Below, piece by piece: positions 38,334-49,734 of a DNA stretch of 64,000 nt. Both the position numbers and the translations under genes were made by a program. Location of the stretch: contig CAVVAN010000002.1 in assembly GCA_963746345.1 (NCBI GenBank), positions 213,202 through 277,201 of the forward strand, read 5' to 3'. Source of the DNA: an uncultured Verrucomicrobiae bacterium. GTDB taxonomy: Bacteria; Verrucomicrobiota; Verrucomicrobiia; Limisphaerales; UBA11358. Each line of letters starts with the position of its first letter. Position 1 is the stretch's first letter. The notes under the pieces were generated by a model that did no database searches, was not told the origin of the DNA, and saw only the letters and a list, made by a program, of their open reading frames with translations.

Positions 38334-38418
38334 AATAGGATTTTCGTTTTGCGATTCACCAGCGTTGCGCTCGTATTTCCCGCTTTTGTCAGCGCGCCGC
38401 GTCGTTTAGATTCGGCGC

Positions 38419-41046
38419 ATGGTTTTTTTGTGCCGATGGCTTTTGATTTTTTTCGCGCTGGTTTTGGGCGGCACGCCGGTTTTTGCCGCGAGCGCGCGGG
38501 AAAACCGCGCTTTCGCCGCCGCCGCGAGCGCGTTTCAGGATGAAATGTGGAGTCGCGCGGAAATGGAGTTCGCGCAATTCGTCGCCAAATATCCAAAATC
38601 CACGAATGCGCCGGAAGCGGTGCTGATGCAGGCGCAGGCGGAATTCCAACAAGGAAAATTTGCGGAGACCATCGCGCTGTTGTCTGCGCAAAAAGCGGAG
38701 GCTGAAAAATTCGCCGACCAATACGTTTATTGGATCGGCGAATCGCAATTTAAGGGCGGGAATTTTTCCGCAGCGGCGGAAACTTTCATTTCGCTGGCGC
38801 AAAATTTTCCTGAATCGTCGTTGCGACTCCGCGCCGTGGTCGAGGCGGCGTCGGCGCAAGCGCAACTCAATCAGTGGTCGCAGGTCGTTGCGTTGCTTGA
38901 AGAACCGGACGGCGTGTTTTCCCGCGCGGTGCAAGTGGATTCGGCGAATGAGCTTGTTTCGCGCGGACGTCTGCTGCTGGCGCAGGCAAAGTTCGCGCAA
39001 AAAGATTTCAACGGCACAGCGGCGACTTTGCAATTGCTGTCCGCACAACCCTTGAAAATGGAACTAAACTGGCAGCGCGCCTATTTGCTTTGCCGGGTCC
39101 AACTCGAGGCGGACGACCTGAATGGAGCGCTGGCGACCACGACGAATCTGTTACAAATCGCACGGCTCGAAAACGACAACGATTTGAGCGCCGAGACCGC
39201 GGCATTGCGGGCTGACATTTTAGAAAAATTGAATCGCACGGACGAAGCCATTGCCGCGTATCAGGAAAATCTGACCAATAGCGCGCCAGTCGAACGTCAA
39301 CGGCAGGCTATTTTGAAAATCGCGGAACTGGCCATCGCGCAAAATCAATTTTCGGAGGCGGAGCAGGCGCTTGAAAAATTTCTCGCGCAATTTTCCGGCT
39401 CGCCGGCGGCGGATGTCGCGCTGCTGACGCTCGGTGAATTGCATTTGAAAGATTACGCCGCGCAACCGTCGGCGACGAATCATTTGCAGCAGGCGTCCGC
39501 GCTGTTCAATCAGTTTCTTGGCGCGTTCACGAACAGTCCGTGGCTCGGAAAGGCATTTTTGGATCGCGGCTGGTGCGAGTGGCTGACGAAAAATACAACC
39601 AACAGCCTGGCGGATTTTCAGTCGGCGGCGAATTTGTTACCGCTATCCGAAGATTTGGCCGTCGCAAAATTCAAAATCGGCGACGCGCTGTTCGCGCAAA
39701 ATGATTTTGCGGGCGCGCGGGAAAATTATCGCGCAGTGCTCGAAGATTTTACCAATTTGCCTCAAGTCAAGACGGTGATGGGCAGTCAGGCGCTTTACCA
39801 AACTTTGCGCGCGAGCTTGAAGTTGAATGACATGGATGCCGCGAGCAACGCGATGGCGCAGATTTTGAAAATTTATCCAACAAATAATCTGGCCGAAAAA
39901 AGTCTGCTGCTCGTGGGCGAAAGTTACGAGGATTTGAACCAGCCCTCCGCCGCGCGGGCGTTGTTTCAAGATTTTGAAAGGCAATCTCCCGATTCGGAAC
40001 TTCGCCCGCAAGTCGCGATAGCCATTGCGCATACCTACGAATTGGAGGGCGATTGGAGCGCGGCCATCGGCCAATACGAAGGCTGGCTGAAAAATTTTCC
40101 GACCAATGCGTTGTTGCCGCAGATGGAATATGCGCGGGCGCGGGCCAATTTTCAGTCGGGCAACGAGACAAATGCCTTTGTATTGTTCACGAATTTTGTC
40201 GCGCAATTTCCGACGAACGAGATCGCGCCGCAAGCGCAATGGTGGGTGGCCGATTATTATTTCCGTGGGTCCGACCCGGATCATTTCGTGAACGCGGAAC
40301 GAAATTACAAATTCATTTTTCAAAACACAAACTGGCAAAGTTCATCGCTGATTTATCCCGCGCAGATGATGGCCGGGCGCGCGGCGATCGGGCGGCTCGG
40401 TTATTCGGACGCCATCGGATATTTCACAGGATTGGTGGGTGACACGAATTGTCCGCCGGACCTGAACGCACAGGCGCGCTTTGCGTGGGGCGCCACGTTG
40501 ATGCAAATGAATTCAGTCGATACGAACAGCCCGCTGGCGAATTTCCAACTGGCCACGAATGTGTTCGCCCAGATTGTTCAAATGTATCCGACGAATGAAT
40601 TGAGCGCGCTCGCGTGGGGCGAAATCGGCGACTGCGATTTGCAATTGACCAATTTCGACGCCGCGACCAATGCCTACGCGCAAGTTGTCAACTCGTCATT
40701 TGCAAAAATTGCCGCGCGCAGCCAGTCGCAAATCGGCTGGGGCATTGCGCTCGAAAAAAAAGCGGCTTTGATGACAGGCAATGACCAGACCAATTCGCTC
40801 CAAATGGCCTTGAACAATTATCTTGATGTGCTTTACGGAAAAAATCTGCGCGACGGCGAAACGCCCGATGCGTTTTGGACGAAAAAAGCCGGCCTGCAGG
40901 CCGCCGCGCTGGCCGAAACGCTCGGCGAATGGCCGCAAGCCGTGAACATCTATCAACGTCTCGAAGAGTTGCTGCCACAGTTGAAAGATTCGCTGGAAAA
41001 GAAGATGGCCGACGCGCAGGGAAATTTACCGCCGCTGAAAAACTAA
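38419..41046 (+). CDS. secreted tetratricopeptide-repeat protein
   Basis: 875 aa intact, with a signal peptide and repeated A..A.Y..G.....A...F TPR-like units throughout. Confidence 0.7.
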   Translation: MVFLCRWLLIFFALVLGGTPVFAASARENRAFAAAASAFQDEMWSRAEMEFAQFVAKYPKSTNAPEAVLMQAQAEFQQGKFAETIALLSAQKAEAEKFADQYVYWIGESQFKGGNFSAAAETFISLAQNFPESSLRLRAVVEAASAQAQLNQWSQVVALLEEPDGVFSRAVQVDSANELVSRGRLLLAQAKFAQKDFNGTAATLQLLSAQPLKMELNWQRAYLLCRVQLEADDLNGALATTTNLLQIARLENDNDLSAETAALRADILEKLNRTDEAIAAYQENLTNSAPVERQRQAILKIAELAIAQNQFSEAEQALEKFLAQFSGSPAADVALLTLGELHLKDYAAQPSATNHLQQASALFNQFLGAFTNSPWLGKAFLDRGWCEWLTKNTTNSLADFQSAANLLPLSEDLAVAKFKIGDALFAQNDFAGARENYRAVLEDFTNLPQVKTVMGSQALYQTLRASLKLNDMDAASNAMAQILKIYPTNNLAEKSLLLVGESYEDLNQPSAARALFQDFERQSPDSELRPQVAIAIAHTYELEGDWSAAIGQYEGWLKNFPTNALLPQMEYARARANFQSGNETNAFVLFTNFVAQFPTNEIAPQAQWWVADYYFRGSDPDHFVNAERNYKFIFQNTNWQSSSLIYPAQMMAGRAAIGRLGYSDAIGYFTGLVGDTNCPPDLNAQARFAWGATLMQMNSVDTNSPLANFQLATNVFAQIVQMYPTNELSALAWGEIGDCDLQLTNFDAATNAYAQVVNSSFAKIAARSQSQIGWGIALEKKAALMTGNDQTNSLQMALNNYLDVLYGKNLRDGETPDAFWTKKAGLQAAALAETLGEWPQAVNIYQRLEELLPQLKDSLEKKMADAQGNLPPLKN

Positions 41047-41097
41047 CACGCCGTTTGACACGCCCGCCCGCCAAGTCTAGCTTCACATGGAGAAACA

Positions 41098-41445
41098 ATG
41101 ACTGAAACCATCACAACCGAATCCGTCGTCGGGCTTACTGCTCGCGCAGCGGAAGAATGCAAGTCGCTGCTCGCACTGCCGGAACACGCGGGTAAAAATT
41201 TTCGCGTTTATGTCGAGCAAGGCGGCTGCTCGGGAATGCAATACGGCATGGTCTTCGACGAGAAGCGCGACGGCGATTTGGTTGCCGAAGAAAATGGCGT
41301 GACGATTTTGGTTGATCCGATCAGCGCGAATTATCTGCGCGGGACGGTTGTGGATTTCAGCGACGCGCTGGTCGGCGGCGGTTTCAAGATTTCAAATCCA
41401 AATGCAAAACAGAGTTGCGGCTGCGGAAAATCCTTTGAGGCTTGA
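41098..41445 (+). CDS. HesB/IscA/ErpA-family iron-sulfur cluster insertion protein
   Basis: 115 aa with GCSGMQYGM and C-terminal CGCGKSF. Confidence 0.85.
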   Translation: MTETITTESVVGLTARAAEECKSLLALPEHAGKNFRVYVEQGGCSGMQYGMVFDEKRDGDLVAEENGVTILVDPISANYLRGTVVDFSDALVGGGFKISNPNAKQSCGCGKSFEA

Positions 41446-41477
41446 GCGGTACGATCAACCCGCGCAAGCCTGACAAC

Positions 41478-41512
41478 GCCGTTCAGTGTGATGCTGAACG
41501 GCTTTTTATTTT
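41478..41512 (+). terminator. rho-independent terminator
   Basis: GCCGTTCAG-tgtgatg-CTGAACGGC followed by TTTTTATTTT. Confidence 0.7.
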
Positions 41513-41545
41513 ACGCGCGGTGAAAAATTTTATTTAATAAGAAGA

Positions 41546-42937
41546 ATGATTGGCAACCTTCTCATGCCGGAGCTGGTCGAAATGATCAACAAACGGGATT
41601 TCAACGGTCTGCGTGAAATACTCTGCGGTTTTCCGCCCGCCGATGTCGCCGAAATTTTTGTTGATCTGAAGGCGGGCGACGAGGCCATCTGTTTGCGGAT
41701 GCTTCCGCGCGAACTGGCCGCCGAAGTGTTCGAGTATTTGCCGTTGAAAGACCAGGAAGAAGTTCTGCACGCGCTCGGTTCGGAAGAAGTCTCGCAAATC
41801 TTGAACGACCTTGCGCCCGATGACCGCACTCGGTTATTGGAAGAATTGCCGGCGTCGGCGACGCAAAAATTGTTGAACCTGCTCAATCCAGAAGAGCGGA
41901 AAATCGCGACGGAACTTCTCGGTTACCCAAAAAAATCCGTCGGACGGCGCATGAGGCCGGAATACGTCGCCATCCAGCAGAACTGGACGGTGGCCGAGGT
42001 GTTCGCGCATTTGCGCCGCGAAGAAAGCAAGCGCGAGGTGATGAACCAGCTTTACGTCACGGACGCCAAGGGACGGCTCGTGGATTTCGTGCCGTTGCGA
42101 AATGTCGTCGTCGCCGCGCCGCAAACTTCGGTTCTTGAACTGCTGCTGAACCAGCAGATTTTTCTGCGCGCCACGGACGATCAGGAAACGGCGGTCGTCG
42201 CGTTCAAGAAATATGACGTGACGATTTTGCCCGTCGTGGATTCGCAAGATGTGCTGCTTGGCGTTGTCACCGTTGACGACATTTTGGACGTTGCGGAAAA
42301 AGAAGCGACGGAAGACATCCAAAGACTCGGCGGCGTGCAGGCATTGGAAGCTCCCTATTTGAAAACCGGAATTTTTGAGATGGTCAAAAAGCGCGCGCCG
42401 TGGCTGGCGGTTTTGTTCATCGGCGAAATGTTCACGTCCGTGGCGATGCAAAATTACGGCGGCGAAATCCAGCAGGTCGTCGTGCTGGCGTTTTTTGTGC
42501 CGCTAATTCTTTCCAGCGGTGGCAATTCCGGTTCGCAGGCCACATCGCTCATCATCCGTGCGATGGCCGTGCGTGATGTTTTGTTGAGCGATTGGTGGCG
42601 CGTTTTTCGGCGCGAACTGGCCAGCGGTTTTTTGCTCGGCTGTATTCTGGCCAGCGTCGGAATGCTTCGCGTTTTTATTTGGCAATTTTTGCACCTCGCT
42701 GGACCGAATGGTTACGGGCCGCATTATCAATTGCTGGCCGCGACGATTGGCATCAGCTTGGTTTGCGTCGTGCTTTGGGGAAGTTTGGCTGGCGCGATGC
42801 TGCCGATGTTTTTGCGTCTGATAAAACTCGATCCGGCGGTTTGTTCTGCGCCATTTGTCGCCACGCTCGTGGACGTGACGGGCATTGTCATTTTTTTCAA
42901 CGTGGCGGCGTTTATTTTGCACGGCAAAGGGCTGTGA
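41546..42937 (+). CDS. mgtE: magnesium transporter MgtE
   Basis: 463 aa intact. MgtE N-domain, CBS pair, and a TM domain with SGGNSGSQA. Confidence 0.9.
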   Translation: MIGNLLMPELVEMINKRDFNGLREILCGFPPADVAEIFVDLKAGDEAICLRMLPRELAAEVFEYLPLKDQEEVLHALGSEEVSQILNDLAPDDRTRLLEELPASATQKLLNLLNPEERKIATELLGYPKKSVGRRMRPEYVAIQQNWTVAEVFAHLRREESKREVMNQLYVTDAKGRLVDFVPLRNVVVAAPQTSVLELLLNQQIFLRATDDQETAVVAFKKYDVTILPVVDSQDVLLGVVTVDDILDVAEKEATEDIQRLGGVQALEAPYLKTGIFEMVKKRAPWLAVLFIGEMFTSVAMQNYGGEIQQVVVLAFFVPLILSSGGNSGSQATSLIIRAMAVRDVLLSDWWRVFRRELASGFLLGCILASVGMLRVFIWQFLHLAGPNGYGPHYQLLAATIGISLVCVVLWGSLAGAMLPMFLRLIKLDPAVCSAPFVATLVDVTGIVIFFNVAAFILHGKGL

Positions 42938-42938
42938 A

Positions 42939-43640
42939 ATGACCTTGCTCATTGCCACGCGCAACGCGCACAAAGTTTCGGAAATTCGCGCAATCTTGGG
43001 AACGCAATTTCAACTTCTTACCCTCACCGATTTTCCCGCCGCGCCAAAAGCGATTGAAGATACGGACACATTTGCCGGAAACGCGACAAAAAAATCCGTT
43101 GAACTGGCAAAATGGCTTTCTGAAAATTCAAAAACACAAAATAAGAATTCAAAATTGGATTTTGTTTTGGCCGACGATTCCGGTTTGGAAGTGGACGCGC
43201 TCAACGGCGCGCCTGGAATCCATTCCGCGCGCTTTGCCGCAATGGATAAAAACGAAAATTCTTCCGACGCCGCAAATAATGCAAAATTGCTCCGGCTGCT
43301 CGAAAATGTTCCTTTGGCAAAACGAACGGCTCGGTTTCGTTGCGTTCTGGCATTGACGCCAATTTTGGAAAAGAAAATTGAAAGTGCGTCGCCGGTTTGT
43401 TACGCGGATGAATTTGAATCACAAACAGAATTGTTCAGCGGCGTTTGCGAAGGGAAAATTATTTTTGAACCGCGCGGGCAAAATGGTTTCGGCTACGACC
43501 CGCTGTTCGTGCCAAACGGATTTGAAAAAACTTTCGCAGAACTCGGCGACGATGTAAAAAACAAATTGAGCCATCGCGCGAAGGCGCTTGAAAAACTCAA
43601 AGAATTTTTTAACCACCAAGACACCAAGGCACAAAGTTAA
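42939..43640 (+). CDS. rdgB: dITP/XTP pyrophosphatase (RdgB/HAM1)
   Basis: MTLLIATRNAHKVSEIRAILG...GFGYDPLFVP...LSHRAKAL. The last codons are supplied by a REP-like hairpin arm. Confidence 0.85.
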   Translation: MTLLIATRNAHKVSEIRAILGTQFQLLTLTDFPAAPKAIEDTDTFAGNATKKSVELAKWLSENSKTQNKNSKLDFVLADDSGLEVDALNGAPGIHSARFAAMDKNENSSDAANNAKLLRLLENVPLAKRTARFRCVLALTPILEKKIESASPVCYADEFESQTELFSGVCEGKIIFEPRGQNGFGYDPLFVPNGFEKTFAELGDDVKNKLSHRAKALEKLKEFFNHQDTKAQS

Positions 43641-43672
43641 GAAAAAATTCTTGGTGTCTTTGTGCCTTGGTG
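43622..43672. terminator. 15-bp-stem hairpin between convergent genes (REP-like, bidirectional terminator candidate)
   Basis: CACCAAGGCACAAAG ... CTTTGTGCCTTGGTG. Confidence 0.55.
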
Positions 43673-43682
43673 GTTGAAGAAA

Positions 43683-44472
43683 TTATTTCAACAAACTGCC
43701 GATCTGAAGTTTTTTTCGCAGCAATCCATTGTCGGCGCACATCCGAAGTCTTCCGTCCGGCAATTTCTTCAAAAACATTTCACCGCCGGAACATTCCACC
43801 ATCAATCCGCCCGCCGCGATGTCCCACAGATTGATCGTGCGCTCGACATAAACATCCAGCCGTCCGCACGCGACGTAGGCCAGTTCCAGCGCCGCCGAAC
43901 CCATGATGCGGATTTTTTTTGCGCGGCGCGACAAACGGATTAAGTGTGGCAGGCTTTTCTCCAGATTTTCTTTGCTCTTGGAAAATCCCATCGCCACGAG
44001 CGAATCGCCCACGCGCGAGCGATTGCTGCAATGGACGACGCGTCCGTTCAATTTTGTTTTCCCGCCACGTGTCGCCGTCCAAAGCTCGTCCGTGAACGGA
44101 TCGTAAATCACGCCGATAATTGTTTTATAGGTTTTTTTTGTTTGCCATTGCAGCGCAATCGAAACCGCCGCGTGCGGCATCCCGAAAAAATAATTCACCG
44201 TGCCGTCAATCGGGTCAACCACCCAGCGATATTCAGCTTTTCGCGTCGCCCGAATCGCCTTCCTCGCCGAGCAGCGAAATCTGCGGAAACGCCGTGTGCA
44301 AAATTTTGGTGATTAGTTTCTGGCAACGCACGTCGAGTTCGAGCTTGATGTCGTGGGCTTCGGCGGAATTGACGCGCTTGGGCAGATGCCAGTTGTCTCG
44401 CATGATTTTTCCGGCGGCGCGCGCGGCTTTCACGGCAGCAGCCAGAGATTTATTCAGCGAAATTTTTTTCAT
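43683..44472 (-). CDS. inositol monophosphatase family protein (one frameshift near 44225)
   Basis: Fragments 44233-44472 and 43683-44222. Contains LLGEE and VDPIDGTVNY motifs. Confidence 0.8.
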
Positions 44473-44481
44473 GTCGTAAAA

Positions 44482-47312
44482 TCAACCTTGTAACGCTGCG
44501 AGCGCGGCTTTCGCGTGTTCACGTTTTGCCTGCCACTCGACGAGACGCTGCTTGTGTTCTTCCAAAACTGTCGCCGGAACTTTTTGCGCGAAGGTGGGGT
44601 TGTTGAGTTTTTGTTCGACTTTGGAGATTTCAGATTCGATTTTCTCCAATTCTTTTGTGAGACGGGTTTTTTCCGCCGCCACGTCAATCAAACCTTCCAG
44701 CGGCAAAAACAATTCGCCCAGTTCCGTGCGCGCAGCGGGAGTTCCTTTGGCCGGCTGATAATTTGCGTTTGCTTCCAGCGACTCGGCATTGAGCAGCATT
44801 TTCAGAACTTCAATGTCGTTTGGCGGAAAACTTCCGGTCGGTTTGAAAATGAATTTCACCTTTTTGTTCGATGCGATGTTTCCCACCCGCCGCAAATTGC
44901 GGCCTTGCCCGACCAATTCATTTCGTGCCTCAATCTGTTTCTCGTCGCTTTCGGTCAAGCCGTAATGTTTTTTGAAATCGTCGTCGAGCGGCATCGGCCA
45001 GGGCGCGAACATGATGGTTTTGCCGCCTTGATTTTCCGGCATGTCCGTAGCTGATAACCCATGCCGTGCCACAATTCTTCCGTGATGAACGGCAGGAACG
45101 GATGAAACAATCGCAGCGTGTGCGACAGGACAAAATCAATCACCGCCAGCGTGTTCGCTTTGCGCGCGGCGTCGGTGCCGATGCAACACCGCTTTGCTCG
45201 CCTCGACATACCAGTCGCAATATTCGCTCCAGAAAAACCGGTAGAGCGTCGCGGTGGCATCGCTGAATTTGTATTCGTTCAACGCGATGGTCACTTCGCG
45301 GATGGCGGCGTCCAGCTTGAGCAAAATCCATTTGTCATCGCGGCGTAAGCAACGTGCGGTTCGATTTCGCCCTGCACTTCGCCGCCCTGCATCTGGCGGA
45401 AGCGGCAGGCGTTCCAGAGCTTGTTGCAGAAATTGCGGCCCAGCTCGACGTTCTGTTCATCGAACAAAATATCCTGGCCCAGCGGCGCGCTGCGCATCAC
45501 GCCGAAGCGCAACGCATCCGCGCCGTATTTCGCGATGAGGTCGAGCGGGTCGGGCGAATTGCCGAGGCTCTTGGACATCTTGCGCCCCTGCTTGTCGCGG
45601 ATGATGCCGGTGAAATAAACATTCTGGAACGGCAGCTCGCCCATGAATTCGTAACCGGCCATGATCATGCGCGCGACCCAGAAGAAAATGATGTCCGGCC
45701 CGGTGACGAGGTCGGTGGTCGGATAAAATTTCTTCAACGTCTCGGTCTGCTCCGGCCAGCCCATCGTCGCAAACGGCCAGAGCCAGGAACTGAACCAGGT
45801 GTCGAGCACGTCGGGGTCTTGGGTGAAACCAAATTTTTCCAACTCGCTGACAATAAATGCTTCTGCTGTAGGATCAATGGCAACATGACGAAATTCTTTA
45901 TTCCCGCTATAAAATTATTCAGCCGGGATAACCAACAACAATATCTTTGCGCTCGCCTTTTTCTAATTTGCGCAAATATGAATCTATTTCGAGAGCCACT
46001 TTCTCTGAAGCTGGCAAATATGCCTTTGATAAAACCAAACCGGAATCCGATGTCCCCACCAAAGCTGGCGGCTGATGCACCAATCCTGAATGCTGGCCAT
46101 CCAATGGTCATAAACTTTCGCCCAGCGCTCGGGATGAAATTTCATTTCGCCCTTCGCGACGACTGCGCGTGATTTTTCCATGCTCGGATATTTCAAAAAC
46201 CATTGTTCGCTCAAGCGCGGCTCAATCGGCACATCGGCGCGCTCGCTGAAACCGACGTTGTTCGTGTAAGGCTCTTCCTTTTCGAGCACGCCAAGTTCCG
46301 TGAGTTTTTCCACCGCAACTTTGCGCGCCTTGAAACGGTCCAGGCCGTTCAAATCCGCGCCCGCCAGCGTCGTTCATGTGTGCCGTCGGCGTCGATGACT
46401 TCAATGAGCGGCAGCTTGTGGCGCATGCCGATGTCAAAGTCCGCCTTGTCGTGCGCGGGCGTCACTTTCAGCACGCCGGTGCCGAATTCAAAATCCACAT
46501 GCTCGTCGCCGATGATCGGAATGAGTTTCTGTTCGCGCGGCAATTCCGCCGGCAGCGGACGCACGACGTGTTTGCCGATGAGATGCGCGTAACGCGGGTC
46601 TTTCGGATTCACGGCCACGGCGGTGTCGCCAGGAATCGTTTCCGGCCGCGTCGTGGCAATCGTCAAAAAAGTTCCGGGCGCTTCCGCCACTTCCACCTTG
46701 AAATAATAGAGGAAACCTTTTTGCTCCTTCATCACCACTTCCTCGTCGGACAACGCCGTGAGCGACGCGGGACACCAGTTCACCATGCGTTTGCCGCGAT
46801 AGATCAGGCCTTTTTTGTAAAGCTCCACGAACACCTTCTGCACGCAGCGCGAATATTCCGGGTCCATCGTGAAGCGTTCGCGCGTCCAGTCGCACGACGC
46901 GCCGAGCTTCTTCAGCTGCTGGATGATGATGCCGCCGTGCTTTTCCTTCCATTCCCAGACGCGCTCGAGAAATTTCTCGCGGCCAAGATCGTCGCGATGT
47001 TTGATTTTCCTTCCTTCTTGAGCGCGCGCTCCACGACGGTCTGCGTGGCGATGCCCGCGTGATCGGTGCCGGGCAGCCAGAGAACTTCCTTGCCGTCCAT
47101 GCGCGCCTTGCGGGCGAGAATGTCCTGGATGGTGTTGTTGAGCACGTGGCCCATGCGTGAGCACGCCGGTGACATTCGGCGGCGGGATGACGATGGAATA
47201 CGCCGGCTTCGGCGATTTCGCATTGGCGACGAAAAATTTTCCGTCGAGCCAGAATTGATACCATTTGTCCTCGACGGACTGCGGTTCGTAAGCTTTGGAA
47301 ATTTCAGATCAT
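44482..47312 (-). CDS. valS: valine--tRNA ligase, broken into at least seven pieces
   Basis: [52 protein letters not shown] and [14 protein letters not shown] motifs, plus the C-terminal coiled coil. All are collinear but in shifting frames. Confidence 0.9.
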
Positions 47313-47336
47313 GGTTTAAAACCACATGAGACGCAG

Positions 47337-47380
47337 ATGACGCAGATAAAAATGTTTCTAATTAACTGAATCTGCGTCAT
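47337..47380. repeat. REP-like hairpin (ATGACGCAGAT ... ATCTGCGTCAT) plus GCGCCTCTGCGG tail
   Basis: 11-bp arms with a 22-nt loop, between valS and cimA. The related CGCAGAGGCG motif recurs inside the methyltransferase gene. Confidence 0.5.
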
Positions 47381-47399
47381 TGCGCCTCTGCGGTGAAAT

Positions 47400-48963
47400 T
47401 CATTTCTTTAACAGGGCAAATTCCATCAGTCCACCAGCGCCTGCAAGCTGGCTTCGATGATGTTTTCGCTCACGCCGACCGTGCCCCATTCGCGCTTGCC
47501 GTCGGTGGATTCGATCAGAACGCGGGTTTTGGCGGCGGTGCCGGTCGTCGGAATCGAGAATGCGCACCTTGTAATCGGTCAACGTGATTTTTTTAAGCTT
47601 CGGGAAAAATTTCGCCAGCGCCTCGCGCAACGCGGCATCGAGCGCATTCACCGGGCCGTCGCCTTCGGCGACGGTTGTGATGCGTTTTGCCTTCCACGCG
47701 CACTTTGATCGTCGCTTCGCAAATGGATTCCTTCGTGTCGCGCCGCATCGAAACGTGATAAGCATCCACGTCGAACGGCGGCTCTCGTGCTTGCCAAGTG
47801 CTTCTGCGGATCAGCAACGCCAGCGAACCTTCGGCGGCTTCAAATTCGTAGCCTTCGTGTTCCAGTTCCTTGACGCGTTCAGGATCGCCTTCAACTCCGG
47901 CGTGTCGTTCGTGAGCTTGAAGCCGAGTTCCTGCGCCTTCATCACGATGTTGCTGCGGCCGGCGAGGTCGCTGATGAGCACGTTGCGCGCGTTGCCGACG
48001 AGGTCGGGATCAATGTGCTCGTAACTCGACGCGAGTTTCTGCACGGCGTTGACGTGCGTGCCGCCCTTGTGCGCGAACGCCGCCGAGCCGACCCACGGCA
48101 GGCGCGGATTGTGCCGCATGTTCGCGACTTCATCCACGAACCGCGGAAAGTTCCTTGAGCTTCGCCAACGATTTCGCCGGCACGCAAGTTTTTTTCAACT
48201 TCAACGCGACGCACGGAATCACGCTGGTCAGATTGCAATTGCCCGTGCGCTCGCCGTAACCGTTGATCGTGCCCTGCACATGCACCGCGCCGGCTTCGAG
48301 CGCGGCCAGCGCGTTCGCCACGCCGAGGCCGATGTCGTCGTGCGTGTGGATGCCGACTTTGCAATTCAATTTGCCCAGCGCAGTTTTCGTGATGGCGGCG
48401 ATTTCGTCCGGCAGACAGCCGCCGTTCGTGTCGCACAGCACGACAAAATCCGCGCCGGCTTTTTCCGCCGCCTGCCACGTGGCGAGCGCGTATTCGGGAT
48501 CAAGCTTGTAACCGTCGAACGCGTGCTCGGCGTCGTAGATGACGAATTTGCCGTGGTCTTTCAGGAAACGCACGGTGTCGCCGATCATCGCGAGATTTTC
48601 TTCCGGCGTGCAGCGCAAAACTTCCTTCACATGCAGCATGGAAGTCTTGCCGTAAATCGTGACGACGGGCGTTCGCGCCTCGATGAGCAGGCGCACCTGG
48701 TCGTCCTGTTCGACCGGCGTATTTTTTTTGCGCGTCGAGCCGAACGCCGCGAGCTTCGCGTTCTTGAATTTCTTCTTTTTGGCCTGCGCGAAAAATTCGA
48801 TGTCCTTGGGATTGCTGCCCGGCCAGCCGCCTTCAATGTAATGAACCCCAAAAGAATCGAGCTTCTCGGCGATGCGGAGTTTGTCCGCGACCGAGAAATT
48901 GATGCCTTCGCCCTGCGAACCGTCGCGCAAGGTCGTGTCATAGATTTCAACTTGGGGTTTCAT
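47400..48963 (-). CDS. cimA: (R)-citramalate synthase / LeuA-family (frameshifted)
   Basis: [38 protein letters not shown].. The C-terminal LeuA-dimer-type regulatory domain lies in fragments 47811-48137 and 47400-47765. Confidence 0.8.
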
Positions 48964-49080
48964 AAATTGCCGTAAAAACGGACGGATACTATCTCTGAAA
49001 ATGATTCGGCTGGCAAATTGGAAAACGCAATCGAACTTGCGCTCTTGAATTTTGCCGCGCGGTTTGCTAATTTAATTTCC

Positions 49081-49302
49081 GTGAGCACCGTTGCCGAAAT
49101 CGAATCTGCCATCAGCACCTTGCCGGACAAGGATGCTTGGACGGTTGCTGGCTGGCTTCAAAAACATCTCGACGCAAAGTGGGACAAGCAGATGGACGAG
49201 GACATCGCCGCCGGACGGCTCGACAAACTTGCAGAACAGGCCATGGAACAATACCGCGCCGGTCGGGTGAAGCCGCTCGATGAAGTCATTGACCACCCCT
49301 GA
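49081..49302 (+). CDS. putative antitoxin (addiction-module component)
   Basis: GTG start gives VSTVAEIESAISTLPDKDAWTVAGWLQKHL.. Overlaps the downstream toxin-like ORF. Confidence 0.45.
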   Translation: MSTVAEIESAISTLPDKDAWTVAGWLQKHLDAKWDKQMDEDIAAGRLDKLAEQAMEQYRAGRVKPLDEVIDHP

Positions 49303-49540
49303 ATTCTGGCAGATGTATGCCGACTTGCCGCCCGAAGTGCGGGCTGCGGCGCGCAAAGTCTATAAACTCTGGCAGCAAAATCCGCGGCACGGCTCGCTTC
49401 AATTTCAAAAACGCGGACGCTTTTGGCGCGTGAGCGTCGGGCTTGGCTATCGCGCCTTGGCGTTGCCGGTGGCAGAAGGCTACTTGTGGTTTTGGATCGG
49501 GCCGCATGACGAATACGAACGGCTATTGAGAAAACAATGA
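49280..49540 (+). CDS. RelE/ParE-superfamily-like toxin
   Basis: PEFWQMYADLPPEVRAAARKVYKLWQQNPRHGSLQFQKRG..WRVSVGLGYRALA...WFWIGPHDEYERLL pattern, recalled from widespread small toxin-like proteins. Confidence 0.5.
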   Translation: MKSLTTPEFWQMYADLPPEVRAAARKVYKLWQQNPRHGSLQFQKRGRFWRVSVGLGYRALALPVAEGYLWFWIGPHDEYERLLRKQ

Positions 49541-49695
49541 AAACGAAATTGACGCAACGCCGGATCAAGGCGCGCAAATCAAGTGCGTGCGCGATGTGCA
49601 AGCCGTGGAAACAGGGCTGGGCGGACAAAAAAACCGTCGGCGACATCCGGCAGGCTGAGCGCGCCGGGCAACAACTTCACGAAGCAGGCTTTTGA
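49537..49695 (+). CDS. candidate small Cys-containing basic protein (52 aa)
   Basis: ATGA overlap with the toxin stop. Reads MKTKLTQRRIKARKSSACAMCKPWKQGWADKKT... Confidence 0.3.
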   Translation: MKTKLTQRRIKARKSSACAMCKPWKQGWADKKTVGDIRQAERAGQQLHEAGF

Positions 49696-49734
49696 ATTTA
49701 GAAGAAAATGATGGCGGGAAAATTCGCATCTAAT

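Noticed and set aside
44482-48963. Calling valS and cimA true pseudogenes, implying genome decay.
   Set aside because: valS is normally essential and single-copy. All conserved motifs are intact between the frame changes, so assembly indels are the simpler explanation. They are kept as CDS with a warning.
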